64,000 nucleotides of DNA from an uncultured Alphaproteobacteria bacterium (lineage in GTDB: Bacteria; Pseudomonadota; Alphaproteobacteria; MPNO01; UBA2964). Location: positions 3,823,180 to 3,887,179 of the forward strand of contig OX638326.1 of assembly GCA_951812775.1 (NCBI GenBank), given 5' to 3'. The notes beneath the pieces were generated by a model. It was not told where the DNA came from and did no database searches. It saw nothing but the letters and a program-made list of their open reading frames with translations. Shown in pieces: positions 39,134-50,282 of the stretch. Every line of letters starts with the position of its first letter. The stretch's first letter is position 1. The position numbers were made by a program, and so were the translations under genes.

Positions 39134-39229
39134 GTGCTCGCAATTCAGGGCGCGGAATCATAACATGTGCCTTGAATCCCGCTAATTAAATGCGTGCAAA
39201 GCCTATTGGACTTTACCCGCAAAAATAAT

Positions 39230-40573
39230 TCAGAGTCCGGCGACGGTCATACCGTCAATCCGCACCGTCGGGGCGTCTGTCCCATAGCGGAACTCAAGAT
39301 CGTTCGCCGGTATGAGATTGGCAAACATTTCCTTGAGATTACCCGCTATCGTCATCTCGCTTACCGGATAGGTAATTTCACCGTTTTCGATCCAGAATCC
39401 GCTGGCGCCACGGCTATAATCCCCGGTTACTCCATTGACGCCCATACCTATCAATTCATTGACCAGAAACCCTTCTTTGATATCGGAGATCAGCTCTGCA
39501 ACCGAGTGCTCTCCCGCCTCAAGATACACGTTGGTTGAAGACGGGCTTGGCGGGCCACCGGTGCCGCGCGACGCATTGCCGGTTGTTGCAAGGCCCAGCT
39601 GGCGTGCCGAGGCGAGATCAAGCAGCCAGGTTGTTAGCTTGCCATTCTCAATGATTTTCTTGGGTGTCGTGGCGATACCTTCACCGTCAAAGGGCTTGGA
39701 ACTCAGGCCACGTTTTCTGTGCGGGTCATCGTGAATGGTAATATTATCGCCGAAGACTTGCTCTCCCATCATTTCTTTTAGAAACGATGTGCCGCGCGCT
39801 ATGCCCGCACCATTGATGGCACCTGTCAGATGACGTAACAGGCTTGAAGAGGCGCGCCAGTCATAGATGACCGGTACCTGTGAGGTCTTTTTCTTTTGCG
39901 GATTGAGGCGGGCGACGGCGCGTTCTCCGGCACTTCTTCCAACGTCTGCCGGGTTTTGAAGGTCCTCTGCATAAACGGCAGTTGCAAAGTCGTAATCACG
40001 CTCCATCGTGGTGCCTTCGCCAGCGATGACGGAAGTAGAAAAGCTGTGGCTGGTGACGGCGTAATCCTGTGCGAAACCGTTCGTGGCGGCGAGCGCGATA
40101 CGGGCTCTGCTGTAACCCGCTTCTGCCCCTTCGGAGTTGGTAACGCCAGCCACTGCACGGGCGGCATCTTCCGCCTCGTTGGCCATATCGATCAGGGTTT
40201 GAGTTTCGGGCTCAACGGGATCGAAACTGTCCATCTCCGCCAGGGTTGTTGCGATCTGATCTGGCTCCGCAATTCCACACCATGGATCTTCCGGGGCGAC
40301 TTTCGCCATGGCAACAGCGCGTTCCGCCATCTCGCGCAGGGCGTCATCCGAATGATCAGTTGAGGAGACAATGGCCTGCTGTTTGCCGATAAAAACCCGC
40401 AAGCCCATGTCAGCAGACTTAGCACGCTCCAGCTTTTCAGGTGCCCCGAGCCGTTGGGCGACTTCGATAGAGGTGGCATCAAATACAACCGCGTCAGCGC
40501 TTTCCGCTCCCTCCTTCTTGGCCATCTCCAGCAATCGCGACAATAGGTCGAGCTGGTTTACCTGTTCAGTCAT
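39230..40573 (-). CDS. pmbA: metalloprotease PmbA (TldE), TldD/PmbA family
   Basis: TldD/PmbA family fold; start moved to MTEQVNQ, 2 nt after the ubiD stop (operonic). Confidence 0.7.
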   Translation of the reverse strand: MTEQVNQLDLLSRLLEMAKKEGAESADAVVFDATSIEVAQRLGAPEKLERAKSADMGLRVFIGKQQAIVSSTDHSDDALREMAERAVAMAKVAPEDPWCGIAEPDQIATTLAEMDSFDPVEPETQTLIDMANEAEDAARAVAGVTNSEGAEAGYSRARIALAATNGFAQDYAVTSHSFSTSVIAGEGTTMERDYDFATAVYAEDLQNPADVGRSAGERAVARLNPQKKKTSQVPVIYDWRASSSLLRHLTGAINGAGIARGTSFLKEMMGEQVFGDNITIHDDPHRKRGLSSKPFDGEGIATTPKKIIENGKLTTWLLDLASARQLGLATTGNASRGTGGPPSPSSTNVYLEAGEHSVAELISDIKEGFLVNELIGMGVNGVTGDYSRGASGFWIENGEITYPVSEMTIAGNLKEMFANLIPANDLEFRYGTDAPTVRIDGMTVAGL

Positions 40574-42065
40574 TAGAATTCCCTTTCCAGATGGGGTTGC
40601 CGGAGCCGGGCAGACCATATTCCTGCCAGTCACGGGTTACTTTTTCAATTACATCGTCGCTCATGCGAATCTTGCGTCCCCAGGGGCGCTTGGTTTCAGG
40701 GGGTATTTTAGCCGTGGCATCAATCCCGACTTTTGAGCCGAGACCGGATTCCGGAGAGGCAAAATCAAGATAATCGATTGGCGTGTTTTCAACGAAAGTG
40801 CAGTCTCGTGCCGGGTCCACATTTGTTGAAATAGCCCAAACCACATCTTTCCAGTTTCGCGCATCAATATCGTCATCCATCACGATGACAAACTTTGTGT
40901 ACATAAACTGGCGCAGATAAGACCATACCGCCATCATGATACGTTTGGCGTGACCGGGGTAACCTTTGCAAATGGAAACAACAGCAACGCGATAGGAACA
41001 GGCCTCCGGCGGCAACCAAAAATCGGTAATCTCGGGAAACTGTTGTGTCAGGAATGGCACAAAGACATCATTGAGCGCTTCCCCCAGAACTGACGGCTCG
41101 TCCGGTGGACGGCCAGTGAAGGTCGAGAGATAGATCGGGTCACGTCGCATTGTGATGGCGGTGACCGTAAAGACCGGAAAATCTTCGACCGCATTGTAAT
41201 AGCCCGTATGGTCGCCATAGGGACCTTCGCCTTCATAGTGAGTTCGTGAAACGTGGCCTTCGAGCACGATCTCCGCGTTGGCGGGGACTTTCAGTGGGAT
41301 CGTTTTGCAATCGACCAGCTCAACCTTTTTGTCGCGTAGCAAACCTGCAAACTGGTATTCCGACACGGATTCGGGCACTGGCGCAACGGCGGCAATAACG
41401 GTCGCCGGATCAGCGCCAATAACGGCGGCGGCGGGGATAGCATCATCGGTTGCCGCTGCATGAGCCTCTGCACCGCCGCGATGTTTGAGCCAGCGCATCA
41501 AGGTCGTGTTGCGTCCCGTGACCTGCATTCGGTAGATGCCAAGATTTGTGCCAGCAGGACCCACAGTGACGACCAGAGGCCAGGTTATCAGCGGCGCCGG
41601 TTCATCCGGCCAACAACTTTGAATCGGAAGCTGCGAAAGATCTATATCGTCACCCGTGAGGACAACTTCCTGACAGGGGGCATCTGAGACCGTCTTAGGT
41701 TTCATCGCAAAAACCGATTTAACCATCGGCAGCATTTGCAATGCCTCGCGCCAACCACCCGGTGGTTCAGGCTGACGCAGAAAAGCAAGTTGTTCACCAA
41801 ATTTGCGGAGTTCGTCTGGCGTGCGATTCATACCGGCAGCGACCCTTTCTACGGTACCAAACAAGTTGACCAGAACTGGCATGTCGCTTGGTGTGCCATC
41901 GGCCCGTAATGGATTTTCAAACAGCACGACGGGGCCGCCCTCGGCGAGAAGCCGGGTCTGAATCTCTGTCATTTCGAGCGCCGTTGAGACAGGCTTGGTG
42001 ACTCGGCTCAACTGGCCGTCCTTTTCAAGCTGTTCGATAAAATCGCGCAGATCGGCAAATGCCAT
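40566..42065 (-). CDS. ubiD: 4-hydroxy-3-polyprenylbenzoate decarboxylase (canonical UbiD)
   Basis: 499 aa; [27 protein letters not shown]...VVLFENP close to E. coli UbiD N-terminus. Confidence 0.85.
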   Translation of the reverse strand: MAFADLRDFIEQLEKDGQLSRVTKPVSTALEMTEIQTRLLAEGGPVVLFENPLRADGTPSDMPVLVNLFGTVERVAAGMNRTPDELRKFGEQLAFLRQPEPPGGWREALQMLPMVKSVFAMKPKTVSDAPCQEVVLTGDDIDLSQLPIQSCWPDEPAPLITWPLVVTVGPAGTNLGIYRMQVTGRNTTLMRWLKHRGGAEAHAAATDDAIPAAAVIGADPATVIAAVAPVPESVSEYQFAGLLRDKKVELVDCKTIPLKVPANAEIVLEGHVSRTHYEGEGPYGDHTGYYNAVEDFPVFTVTAITMRRDPIYLSTFTGRPPDEPSVLGEALNDVFVPFLTQQFPEITDFWLPPEACSYRVAVVSICKGYPGHAKRIMMAVWSYLRQFMYTKFVIVMDDDIDARNWKDVVWAISTNVDPARDCTFVENTPIDYLDFASPESGLGSKVGIDATAKIPPETKRPWGRKIRMSDDVIEKVTRDWQEYGLPGSGNPIWKGNSND

Positions 42066-42219
42066 CGTTTTTCACTCTCATAACCCGAAAAACACACGGG
42101 CGCGCAACTGTTTAGCACGTTGTTGGGGGGATTTGGCAAACGCATTGCTGAACGGTGGAAGCGAATTGCCAACGGAATGAAGCTGTCGTAGAGGATGTGT
42201 ATGGAAAGCGAGAGTAGTT

Positions 42220-42930
42220 TTGATCGATCCTGTTGCACACGCTAAGGCCTATCCGTTTCCGGCACCGGACCATTCCTATGTCTTTGAGACCGGACAATGG
42301 CGGCCCTTAGAAGAAGATGATTTTGATATCAGCGGGCGGACACCGGTATTGGCTGCGGGTTCCAATCAATCACCGGAGCAACTCGCCCGTAAATATGCCG
42401 AAATGCCTGATAGTGGCCCTATTCCGGTGGTCAGGGGGCGTCTTCCTGATTTTGACGTGGTCTATGCGGCGCATCTCGCGGGGTATGGGTCGATGCCCGC
42501 AACATTTCAAAATTCACCGGGTACCACAGTGTCGGTTTTTGTTGCCTGGTTCACTGATGCGCAGCTTGAGCGCATGCATGCGACCGAGGGAAATTACAGT
42601 TATGACCGACTGACAGATGTCGGATTAGAGACCGACTTCGGATCTGCTCCCCTCGAGGTTTTTGCCTATACCGCGAAAGTCGGTTGTTACAATCACAATG
42701 GCGGCTGTTTGAGCTTGGCGGAAATACCAGCAACTAACCGCAAATTCGCGTCAGCAAGGCAGGCGGAGGCGCTGAGTTTTTTGCGGGACCGACTCGCGGT
42801 GGGAATGGATCTTGATCAATTTGTTGCCGAACACATTGACGATAGTGTTGTCCGGGTTGGACGTGTGGCGGCCATGCGTGCGGACGCGATAGAGATCGGA
42901 TATCCGCGCGAATCTTTGTTGTCTCTTTAG
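42220..42930 (+). CDS. conserved hypothetical protein
   Basis: 236 aa ORF with good coding character; no family recognised. Confidence 0.4.
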   Translation: MIDPVAHAKAYPFPAPDHSYVFETGQWRPLEEDDFDISGRTPVLAAGSNQSPEQLARKYAEMPDSGPIPVVRGRLPDFDVVYAAHLAGYGSMPATFQNSPGTTVSVFVAWFTDAQLERMHATEGNYSYDRLTDVGLETDFGSAPLEVFAYTAKVGCYNHNGGCLSLAEIPATNRKFASARQAEALSFLRDRLAVGMDLDQFVAEHIDDSVVRVGRVAAMRADAIEIGYPRESLLSL

Positions 42931-44300
42931 AGTGTCAGCAGGGCTTGTAACGCATCGCCGCAGGATTCAGGTGCCGCATAGGTAGGGACACCGGCACTGT
43001 TGAGACGATGTAAAATTGCCGGTGCATCGGGGCTACAATACACCAGCAACGGCTTTGATGTGTTTTTGACAGCTTCTATGACGGGGTCGGCAACGAGTTC
43101 CGGCCGCCCTACACCGGAAGATCCGACAATGGGGATGACGACGTCATATTCTTTTGCTTCCAGCAATGCCGTTATGGATCCGCCGACGATTTCTGGTGTC
43201 AGGCCGGCCAGTGTCAGATCAATTGGATTACGGTCGGCAGTAAACCCGACATGGCTAAACAGCTTGGCAAGTTGAGCTGCGGTGTTACGGCTGGGGGCAG
43301 GTGTTGTGTATCCCGCCAATCCACATCTATCGGCGACCAGCCCACCTGCACCGCCCGTCGAGGTAAGAATGCCGACCCGCCGTCCCTTGGGTTTCTTGCC
43401 CATGCTCAGCGCCATGGCGATATCCAGAAGGTCGTCGAAGCGATCTGCCCGCACAATGCCGGTTTGAGCAAACAAAGCGTCATAGAGCCGGTCATCTCCG
43501 GCCATAGCACCGGTGTGGGACGCCGAGGCGAGAGCTCCAGCCTCAGATTTGCCGACTTTGTACGCAACCAGGTGTTTTCCGGCCCGTTTTGCCACTTTGG
43601 CCAGCTTGCCGAAACGTTTTGTATCGCGTAGCCCCTCGAGATAGAGCGTGATAACGGTGGTTTCTTTTTCCTCGATCATCCATTCAAGGATATCGCAGAC
43701 TTCAAGGTCACCTTCATTGCCAGTCGCCGCCAGATGGGACAGGCCAATCCCTTTTGCCGCAGCGCGGGACAGGAGGGATCCCAGAATGCCACCGGATTGT
43801 GAAATAACGCCGATCTTACCTGACGTGAGGTGCTCCGTATCGAGTGCACCAGAAGCGGAAAGGGTGATGCGGTCCTGCAAATTTAGCAGCCCGATTGTGT
43901 TAGGTCCAAGAATACGCATCTGTCCGGCGGCTTCCGATAACGCGGCTTGCCGTTTGACGCCATTGGGGCCTGTTTCGCCGTAGCCACCTGCCAATACGAT
44001 TGCAACTTTGGTGCCGAGCGATGATAGATTTCTGGCCGCGTCTTCGGTTCCCGCTGGTCCCAGCAGGATCATGGCGGCATCGGGTACACCTGGAAGATCA
44101 TCAATACTGTTATAACAGCGCAGACCATTGATTTCTGAAGAGCGGGGATTTACCGGCCAGATTTCGCCGCGGAAACCGTGTTTACTCAGAAACTGTAGCG
44201 GTCGGCCTGCGGTTTTTCCGGGGTCGGCGGAAGCACCAATGATGGCTACTGACCTTGGCCGAAACAGCTTTTCAATTGTGGCGATTGTGGCGTTCGGCAC
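42927..44300 (-). CDS. acyl-CoA synthetase (NDP-forming) alpha-type protein (CoA-binding + succinyl-CoA-synthetase-like flavodoxin domains)
   Basis: 457 aa; SVAIIGASADPGKTAGRP CoA-binding Rossmann N-terminus; no ATP-grasp partner adjacent. Confidence 0.6.
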   Translation of the reverse strand: MPNATIATIEKLFRPRSVAIIGASADPGKTAGRPLQFLSKHGFRGEIWPVNPRSSEINGLRCYNSIDDLPGVPDAAMILLGPAGTEDAARNLSSLGTKVAIVLAGGYGETGPNGVKRQAALSEAAGQMRILGPNTIGLLNLQDRITLSASGALDTEHLTSGKIGVISQSGGILGSLLSRAAAKGIGLSHLAATGNEGDLEVCDILEWMIEEKETTVITLYLEGLRDTKRFGKLAKVAKRAGKHLVAYKVGKSEAGALASASHTGAMAGDDRLYDALFAQTGIVRADRFDDLLDIAMALSMGKKPKGRRVGILTSTGGAGGLVADRCGLAGYTTPAPSRNTAAQLAKLFSHVGFTADRNPIDLTLAGLTPEIVGGSITALLEAKEYDVVIPIVGSSGVGRPELVADPVIEAVKNTSKPLLVYCSPDAPAILHRLNSAGVPTYAAPESCGDALQALLTL

Positions 44301-44304
44301 GATG

Positions 44305-45111
44305 TTATTTTTTTGTTTTATCTAAAAACGCCGTCACGGCATTCCGATGCTCGTCGGTCGTGTAACAAATTGCCTGAGCTTGGCATCCCAGTGCAAAAAC
44401 CTCTTCAATGGATAGTTCCAGACTTTGATCCATAATCGATTTCGCAAGCGCCAGCGCATTGGGCGACCCGGCTGTCATCCGTTCGGCGGTGGCAATCGCT
44501 TCGTCGAGTAACGTCTCAGAAGTTGTCACAGCTTCGATCATGCCCATAGATTGAGCTTCTTCCGCCGGGACACGGCGACCGGAAAAGATCAGTTCCTTGG
44601 CACGTGCCAGCCCGACGCGTCGTGGCAGAAAATACATACCCCCACCGTCCGGGATGAGGCCGCGAAGGAGATAACTCATCGTGAACATTGCCTTGTCTGA
44701 CGCGATCACAAAATCGCAGCACAAAGCGAGGTCTGCCCCCAACCCTGCAGCTGCTCCATTCACCGCGGCGATGGTCGGTTTCGCTAGCCCATGCAGCATC
44801 GTTACGGCGTGATGAGTGCGGCGCTGCCGTTTCCAGCCATTCATGGCAACTGTGCCAATTGGGGCTTCGAGACGTTCCCGCATGGCAGAAATGTCTCCGC
44901 CTGCACAAAAGGCTTTGCCGCTGCCAGTAAGGACGATGGCTCGAACCTCTTCCTCCTGGCTCGCCCAATCGATGGCCGCCATAAGGTCAGTACGCATGGT
45001 GTCATCTATGGCATTGAGTTTTTCAGGGCGGTTCAGGGTAATGATAGCAATGGCATCTTGTTGTGTGATTGCGATGCGTTCGGAGGTTGGCTTGTCCATA
45101 CTCATTTCCAA
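44305..45111 (-). CDS. enoyl-CoA hydratase/isomerase (crotonase) family
   Basis: 268 aa; AIITLNRPEKLNAI...oxyanion-hole G/AxGGD region. Confidence 0.8.
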   Translation of the reverse strand: MEMSMDKPTSERIAITQQDAIAIITLNRPEKLNAIDDTMRTDLMAAIDWASQEEEVRAIVLTGSGKAFCAGGDISAMRERLEAPIGTVAMNGWKRQRRTHHAVTMLHGLAKPTIAAVNGAAAGLGADLALCCDFVIASDKAMFTMSYLLRGLIPDGGGMYFLPRRVGLARAKELIFSGRRVPAEEAQSMGMIEAVTTSETLLDEAIATAERMTAGSPNALALAKSIMDQSLELSIEEVFALGCQAQAICYTTDEHRNAVTAFLDKTKK

Positions 45112-45238
45112 TCTGTGGCGACTTGCGGGTTATGTACCACAAAAACCTGTCGTGACGATTCAGTGATACCCCAAACTCCCTAATTGACATAGAGCGTGGT
45201 GTAATCTGTCATTCATCTACACGGAATTGGAGGAATAG

Positions 45239-46342
45239 ATGACAGCTGTTTCTTATGACGATGCACCGGTGCCTATCCGACAGGATTTACTCAATGCACA
45301 TCAACGTGCCTGGCAACGTATCGCCGCACCCGGTACATGGCTGACAGGTGAAACACGTGTTGCGACTGCGCGAGAAGTTCGAAATGCGAGGCTTTGTCCC
45401 CTATGTGCCGAACGGAAGGCATCGCTCATGCCCTATGGTGTGATTGGGACCCATGACACAGTGACCGACTTGCCAGAGGCCCAGGTTGAACTCATCCATC
45501 GCCTGGCGACTGACTCCGCGCGGCTGAAACAAAGCTGGGCCCGCGAGTTGATCGAGGGCGGTTTAAGCGAGGAAGAGTATGTCGAAACGGTGGGTGTCGC
45601 CTGTACAACGATTTCGCTGGATACTTTTGCGCATGCGGTCGGAATGGCGATCCGCGAAATTCCCGCAGCGATGCCGGGGGAGCCAAACCGCATCAGGCCG
45701 GCGGAGGCACGTCAGGGCGATGCTTGGTTGCCCTGGATTGCGGCTGAAGATGCTAACGAAGCGGATCGGGATACTTTTGGGCCCGGGATATCCAATATCC
45801 GGCGGGCGTTGAGTCTGGTGCCTGATGAAGCGCGCGGTTTCTTCGATCTTGTCGGAAACCAGTATCTCAATGCGGAACAGATGAAGGATTTTGCAACACG
45901 GTTTCGGGCGATCACACGCGCCCAAATTGAACTGATTGCGGGGCGAATATCTGCCATCAATCAGTGCGCCTATTGAACCACCAGCCATACGGCTCTGCTC
46001 CGTGCGAGCAGCGAACAAACTGGTGACGAGATTGATTTGAGCAGCGTGATGGGCAAAGCGGACGGAGATGGTGGAATTCCAAACGGTGCTTTGCTGGTAG
46101 AATTTGCAGAGGCAGTCGTCGGGGATGATTCGGATCGTTTGACTGCAGCTCAGGATGAGGTGACACAAGCTCTCGGCGCTGATGGGTTGGTGGATGCTTG
46201 CGGCATCGCCGCGACCTTTAATGCAATTGATCGGGTTGCGGATTCCATAGGGGTGCCGATCGACGATGTGCGGCTCGAACCAACCGCCGAATTCCGACGC
46301 GAGATGGGAATTGATGCGTTTCCGTCGCGGGTTGAAAGTTAG
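45239..46342 (+). CDS. AhpD/carboxymuconolactone-decarboxylase-family protein with in-frame TGA at the second Cys of the CxxCxxxH motif (candidate selenoprotein, C-A-Y-U-T-T-S-H)
   Basis: ORFs 45239..45976 and 46037..46342 are in the same frame, separated only by TGA 45974-45976. The translation around it, INQCAY[TGA]TTSHT, matches the AhpD-type redox motif. A hairpin CTGCTC-CGTGC-GAGCAG lies at 45995-46011. Confidence 0.5.
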
Positions 46343-47289
46343 CTAAGCGCCATTACCTGAGCGGCCAGAATGCCGCCGAGGAAAAGCCATGAAAAAAGCC
46401 GGTTCGATTTGAACTTGGCGAGGCAGTCTTTGGGATTGTTGATATCGACATCCCAAACCTGCCATAGGAGTTGTACGGCGCCGAGGCCGAGCCCGACAAA
46501 GTACGGCCAGGCGAAACCGCCGATTATCCCCGCATAGGCGAACAGGCCAGCGGCGATTACATAAAAGGCGTAAAGCCAGGGTTTGCTGCCGAGCCCCAAT
46601 CGCCGTGCGGTTGATTTGACGCCAGCTTGCGGATCGTCCTGTCGGTCCTGATGGGCGTAGATCGTGTCATATCCTAAGGTCCAGAAGAGACCGCCCAGAT
46701 AGAGAAATATGGCGGGTGTCCCAAGATCGCCGCGAACCGCGGCCCAGCCCAATAGGGCCCCCCAATTAAACGTCAGCCCGAGAAAGAATTGCGGCCAAAA
46801 TGTCACCCGTTTCATCAAGGGGTAGGTGAAGACCAGGATAAGAGACGCAGCGCCTACCGCTATCGCATAGGTCTTTAGAGTGATCAAAACGCTGAAGCCA
46901 ATTGCGAGTAAAACGGCCAGGAATATTACCGCCTGTTTAACGGTGACCTGGCCGCTGGGAAGGGGTCGGTTTTTTGTCCGGGCAACCTGGGCATCGAAAT
47001 CACGGTCGACAATATCGTTATAGGTGCAGCCCGCCCCACGCATGACCAGGGCGCCGATACCAAACGCGGCAAACAGATACATTATTTCCTGGGCTGCCTG
47101 CCAATTGGGCCAGGCCATGGCGATTGACCACCAGCATGGAAATAACAGTAACCATGTGCCAATTGGGCGATCGAAACGGGCTAGTCGAATATAGGGATGT
47201 GTCGCCCGTGGCATCAGCCGGTCGACCCAGCTATCAACCGGAATGTCGCTTGCTGAAGTGTCAATTTCATTTCGGGCTTGCTCTGCCAT
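46339..47289 (-). CDS. ubiA: 4-hydroxybenzoate polyprenyltransferase
   Basis: LARFDRPIGTWLL UbiA motif and nine-TM body; start moved to MAEQARNE. Confidence 0.85.
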   Translation of the reverse strand: MAEQARNEIDTSASDIPVDSWVDRLMPRATHPYIRLARFDRPIGTWLLLFPCWWSIAMAWPNWQAAQEIMYLFAAFGIGALVMRGAGCTYNDIVDRDFDAQVARTKNRPLPSGQVTVKQAVIFLAVLLAIGFSVLITLKTYAIAVGAASLILVFTYPLMKRVTFWPQFFLGLTFNWGALLGWAAVRGDLGTPAIFLYLGGLFWTLGYDTIYAHQDRQDDPQAGVKSTARRLGLGSKPWLYAFYVIAAGLFAYAGIIGGFAWPYFVGLGLGAVQLLWQVWDVDINNPKDCLAKFKSNRLFSWLFLGGILAAQVMALS

Positions 47290-47376
47290 GGCGTAAGCTC
47301 TAACGCTGTTGTGAAATTGGCTCAAGCATTTGAGCAATCTTTTGATAACCAAGTCTTTGCAGATTTTCCGAATACG

Positions 47377-48021
47377 ATGCGTATAACCCGACTCTTTGTC
47401 GATCACCCTTTTACCTCTGAACAGCCGGTTTCACTATCCGAAGCCCAGGCACATTATTTGATGAATGTTTTGAGAAAGGCACTTGGTGATCCCGTTCATC
47501 TGTTTAACGGACGTGATGGCGAATGGCGGAGTGTCATTGACCGTATTACGCGACGACGGTGTTCGATTGCCCTGGAGGAACAGGTGGTTGAACAAAAACC
47601 CGAACCGGATTTGTGGCTGATCTTTGCGCCCATCAAATGGGCACGTATAGATTTCGTTGCGTCCAAAGCCACTGAGCTGGGGGTTTCGGATATCATTCCG
47701 GTGTTTACCGAATTTACCGACGTCACTCGCGTCAATACCCAGCGCCTGCGCGCCAATGCAATAGAGGCGGCGGAGCAGTGCGGTCGCCAGTCGGTACCTG
47801 AAGTTGATGAGCCCGCAAATCTTTTGGCCGTCCTGAAAGACTGGCCGGAAGACAGACGGCTGCTTTACTATGACGAAACGGGTGGTGGCACAGGGATCAA
47901 CCAAGTTTTGACCAATCTGAAGGCTGCCGGTCAAGCTGAACCGATGGCTTTTCTGATTGGGCCCGAAGGCGGATTTTCGCGATCCGAGCTTGACCTCCTG
48001 AAAGAAAAAACCACCTTTTAG
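47377..48021 (+). CDS. rsmE: 16S rRNA (uracil1498-N3)-methyltransferase
   Basis: MRITRLFVDHP...VHLFNGRDGEW RsmE N-terminus; start at the internal ATG. Confidence 0.8.
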   Translation: MRITRLFVDHPFTSEQPVSLSEAQAHYLMNVLRKALGDPVHLFNGRDGEWRSVIDRITRRRCSIALEEQVVEQKPEPDLWLIFAPIKWARIDFVASKATELGVSDIIPVFTEFTDVTRVNTQRLRANAIEAAEQCGRQSVPEVDEPANLLAVLKDWPEDRRLLYYDETGGGTGINQVLTNLKAAGQAEPMAFLIGPEGGFSRSELDLLKEKTTF

Positions 48022-48147
48022 GCAATTGACTTGGGGCCGCGTATTTTACGCGCAGATACAGCGGCTGTTGCAGCACTCTCATGCTGGCAGTCCGTGTTGG
48101 GCGATTGGGCCGGTGAGAAAGCGTAGAGCGGTTGAGTAGGATCTAGC

Positions 48148-49515
48148 ATGGCAGCACCACCGGCAACACTTGGGACCCCGATCTCCAGCAAGCAGCAGCT
48201 CGTTGAATACCTGGAGGCAGGATGCAAACCAGCCTCGGATTGGCGCATTGGAACCGAGCACGAAAAGTTTGTTTTCCAGAATGAAACTTTTCTGCCCGCG
48301 CCTTATGAAGGAGATTGGGGCATCCGCGCCCTTCTGGAAGGATTACAGCGATTTGGCTGGGAAGCCGTGCTGGAGAATGAGAACCCTATCGCTCTAACGC
48401 ATGCCAATGGTTGTTCGATAACGCTGGAACCCGGTGGACAGGTAGAACAGGCTGGTGCGCCGCTAGAGAATATTCATCAAACCTGTAATGAGGTTCATTC
48501 GCATCTAAATCAGGTTAAGGAAGTTGCCGAGGAACTCGGCATTGGCCTGATCGGTGTCGGTTTTAATCCCAAATGGAAGCGCGGCGATATCCCGTGGATG
48601 CCAAAAGGTCGTTATAAAATTATGCGGGATTACATGCCCAAGGTTGGTTCGCTTGGGCTCGACATGATGGTTCGAACGTCGACTGTCCAGGTCAACCTCG
48701 ATTTTCAATCAGAAGCCGATATGGTCAAGAAATTCCGAGTTTCGCTGGCGCTGCAACCCATCGCGACGGCGCTATTCGCGGATTCCCCGTTTTTGGAGGG
48801 CAAGCCGAGCGGATATCTTTCTTATCGAAGCCATATCTGGGAGGACACTGACCCAGACCGCTGTGGCATTCTGCCTTTTGTCTTTGAAGAGGGCATGGGG
48901 TTCGAACGCTATGTCGACTACATGCTCGATGTTCCCATGTATTTTGTGTATCGCGATGGTGTTTATCTTGATGCAGCTGGACAATCCTTTAGAGATTTCT
49001 TAAATGGCGAGTTGCCGGCCTTGCCGGGAGAGATACCCACGACGGGTGATTGGGGAGATCATCTGACCACGGTGTTTCCTGAAGTTCGGCTCAAGAAGTT
49101 TATTGAAATGCGGGGTGCGGATGGCGGTCCGTGGAGACGGTTATGTGCGTTGCCTGCGCTTTGGACGGGTTTGCTTTATGATCAGTCTTCCCTCGACGCA
49201 GCCTGGGATTTGATAAAGGACTGGACACCCGAAGAGCACGAACGATTGCGTGTTGAGGTGCCCAAGCAGGCTTTGAAAACGCCGTTTCGTAATCAGACAA
49301 TTCAAGATGTTGCTCGCGAAACGCTGGAGATCGCTAGTGCCGGGTTGCGTCGACGAAACCGCATTGATGCAATTGGGACCGATGAGACGGGTTTCCTTGG
49401 AACGCTGTATGAGATTGTAGATAGCGGTCGAACGGCGGCAGAAGAAAAACTTGAGAAATATCACAGTGTCTGGGATGGTAAAATTGATCCCGTGTTTGAT
49501 GAGTACGCCTATTAG
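48148..49515 (+). CDS. gshA: glutamate--cysteine ligase, plant/alphaproteobacterial type (GCS2)
   Basis: 455 aa; N-terminal region and size typical of GCS2; DUF3126 neighbour is typical. Confidence 0.8.
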   Translation: MAAPPATLGTPISSKQQLVEYLEAGCKPASDWRIGTEHEKFVFQNETFLPAPYEGDWGIRALLEGLQRFGWEAVLENENPIALTHANGCSITLEPGGQVEQAGAPLENIHQTCNEVHSHLNQVKEVAEELGIGLIGVGFNPKWKRGDIPWMPKGRYKIMRDYMPKVGSLGLDMMVRTSTVQVNLDFQSEADMVKKFRVSLALQPIATALFADSPFLEGKPSGYLSYRSHIWEDTDPDRCGILPFVFEEGMGFERYVDYMLDVPMYFVYRDGVYLDAAGQSFRDFLNGELPALPGEIPTTGDWGDHLTTVFPEVRLKKFIEMRGADGGPWRRLCALPALWTGLLYDQSSLDAAWDLIKDWTPEEHERLRVEVPKQALKTPFRNQTIQDVARETLEIASAGLRRRNRIDAIGTDETGFLGTLYEIVDSGRTAAEEKLEKYHSVWDGKIDPVFDEYAY

Positions 49516-49525
49516 GGCAATCGGC

Positions 49526-49954
49526 ATGAAAAGACGTAAGATACAATTTTTCAGCATATTGATCCTGTGTGGATTAATTGGTTCTGGCGCGATGTTCCAA
49601 GTATCGGCTCAGCAGCAGGTCCAGCCGTGGGAACGCGATCTTCAGAAATTTTACAATCAAGACAGAAAAGTGCTGCAGCCGCGACTTCGCAATCCGGCGC
49701 AAGAGGCATTGCGAAAATTACGTCGTGATCCTTTGGCGAGGCTTGGCTTGCCCGGTAATCCGTTGCCGCTTCCGGAGGATGCGCCAACGGATGGTGAACC
49801 AGTTTTATCCCCCTTTGCTGCTGGTTATGACCGAAACGGCGATGGTGCCGTCACACGCGAAGAATATTTTGCGAATCAAAGACGGCAATTTGGTGTGGGC
49901 GCGGGTTCTGCCAGGCGTCAGCAGCGCGCACTAAGAAGGTTGGTCCCAGCCTAG
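49526..49954 (+). CDS. small secreted EF-hand protein
   Basis: signal peptide MKRRKIQFFSILILCGLIGSGAMF; DRNGDGAVTREEY EF-hand loop. Confidence 0.5.
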   Translation: MKRRKIQFFSILILCGLIGSGAMFQVSAQQQVQPWERDLQKFYNQDRKVLQPRLRNPAQEALRKLRRDPLARLGLPGNPLPLPEDAPTDGEPVLSPFAAGYDRNGDGAVTREEYFANQRRQFGVGAGSARRQQRALRRLVPA

Positions 49955-50175
49955 CGGGACATGTCCGGGGGCAGGTCCTCTTCCAAAATCGACATCATCA
50001 AGGAATAGGACACTTCGCCTTCATCCTCGTCGCGATGTAGAACGCCGATAAATTCTGGTCCTACGCGTACTTCAACCGGTTGACCAGGTTTCTCCGGCAT
50101 ATCTATTTCAATTCCATTATTTCCAAATGTCTTTCGGAGGTAGGATTGAACGCGGGCCACCTCGTTTCGGTTCAT
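49951..50175 (-). CDS. DUF3126-family protein
   Basis: 74 aa MNRNEVARVQSYLRKTFGN...; typical alphaproteobacterial gshA neighbour. Confidence 0.6.
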   Translation of the reverse strand: MNRNEVARVQSYLRKTFGNNGIEIDMPEKPGQPVEVRVGPEFIGVLHRDEDEGEVSYSLMMSILEEDLPPDMSR

Positions 50176-50282
50176 TTGTTATCTCCCTGGAAATTAATTG
50201 CTAATCAAATTAAATCGTCGTCTAAATAATTCGCGATCATGGCGCAAAGTGACGCCATGATCTAGAGGAACATAAGCATGGA

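Noticed and set aside
48660-48680. ggttcgaac, a tRNA T-arm-like motif
   Set aside because: It is embedded in the gshA coding sequence, with no cloverleaf-compatible flanks. No tRNA genes were recognised in the window.
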